DNA of 64,000 bases from Thalia democratica (taxonomy: Eukaryota). Location of the stretch: assembly GCA_965202585.1 (NCBI GenBank), contig OZ241828.1, forward strand, positions 79,050,001 to 79,114,000, in the 5' to 3' direction. Below the pieces are notes generated by a model, which saw nothing but the letters and a program-made list of their open reading frames with translations, ran no database searches and was not told where the DNA came from. Shown piece by piece: positions 63,051-64,000 of this stretch (positions within the stretch are counted from its first letter, which is position 1; each line of letters opens with the position of its first letter). Position numbers and translations under genes: made by a program.

Positions 63051-63207
63051 GTATACCACAGTAATGACTTTTTTTCGATTATAATGATGTCTTAAGTTTT
63101 GAACGGTGCTGCCGAATAGTTAGCATCGTCTTTCTTACAAATTTTTAATAAGGTTTGTTGGGGTTGCTAAATTTAATCTATCAATAGCCTTAACAGAAAA
63201 ATATATT

Positions 63208-63725
63208 TAACTCTTGATACTTATAATAAGTTAAGATATATTCAAAACAATGATAGTAGAAAGGGTTATTGTTTTTTGAAACATGTAATATAAAAATATT
63301 ACAGACTTCAAAACCTTCTGTTATCATTTTCGGTTTTGAACTATAAAGATAATACTTTTCAACTAATTTTAATATGTTTAGGTATTTCTCTTTTCTATAT
63401 AAACTATTTTTGAAGTTAAAAAATAAAAATATAATATTTATTGTAAAAATAAACCTTTAGTTAATTTAATTTCTATTTAATATTTTTATTTTTTTATATT
63501 ATAACAAGTTAAGATATATTCAAAACTATGATAGTAGAAAGGTATATTGTTTTTGAAACATGTAATATAAAAATATTACAGACTTCTAAACCTTCTGTTA
63601 TCATTTTCGGTTTTGAATTATAAAGATAATACTTTTCACTAATTTTAATATGTTAAGGTATTTCTTTTTTCTATATAAACTATTTTTGAAGTTAAAGAAT
63701 AAAATTATAATATTTATTGTAAAAA
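63208..63725. repeat. 278-bp AT-rich tandem repeat, ~2 copies
   Basis: Matches 10,161-10,680. Confidence 0.92.
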
Positions 63726-64000
63726 AGACCCAGAGCTAATTTTATTTCACAAATATGTGAGATTTTGTTACCAAGTACTGAAATTATTTATAACGGATAA
63801 TTATAATAGAAAATCTAGAAGCTTAGGCAAGAAATATAGTTTCAAAAAATAAAACGAAACTAAATACCAAGTAAAAAATAAAATAAATATGAACCAGATA
63901 CAATGCAGTTTTATTAGTAACATAGACAAAACGTTTCTTTTACATAAAATAAGTTATTTTCTGATTAGTTTCAAGTTTTAATATTGTTGAAAATAGCGAT

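Larger units (their letters stand above)
61087..64000. repeat. Start of tandem unit 3 (runs off the window)
   Basis: Near-identical to 8,112-10,950 from about 61,440 onward. Confidence 0.95.

Overview
AT-rich eukaryotic (animal-like) genomic DNA with spliceosomal introns; I found no rRNA, tRNA or CRISPR. (1) 4.5-7.4 kb (+) holds the last six exons of a membrane-anchored glycoside hydrolase family 1 (lactase-phlorizin-hydrolase-like) gene. (2) From 8,112 to the window end is a tandem segmental array: unit 1 = 8,112-29,100 (~21 kb), unit 2 = 29,101-61,086 (~32 kb), unit 3 starts at 61,087. Each complete unit ends in a single-exon BACK-Kelch gene (-) and carries decayed orphan exons. Unit 2 is longer because a ~4.36 kb block containing a dead Penelope-like retroelement (RT + GIY-YIG, with a minimal hammerhead ribozyme motif in its 3' region) is present three times. 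(3) The most unusual object is a non-coding module at the start of every unit (8.95-10.7, 30.05-32.0, 61.9-63.7 kb). It consists of a GC-rich, purine-skewed, hairpin-rich block, then a polypurine tract followed by TG, then a spacer-less 106-bp perfect palindrome identical in all three copies, then 3-5 tandem ~62-bp units each forming a GAAA-tetraloop hairpin (G.U wobbles on the + strand) plus oligo-T, then a 278-bp AT-rich tandem repeat. Its function is unknown; an LTR-element 3' end, an origin/enhancer or a structured-RNA terminator array are hypotheses only. All alignments were done by eye, so boundaries are approximate.
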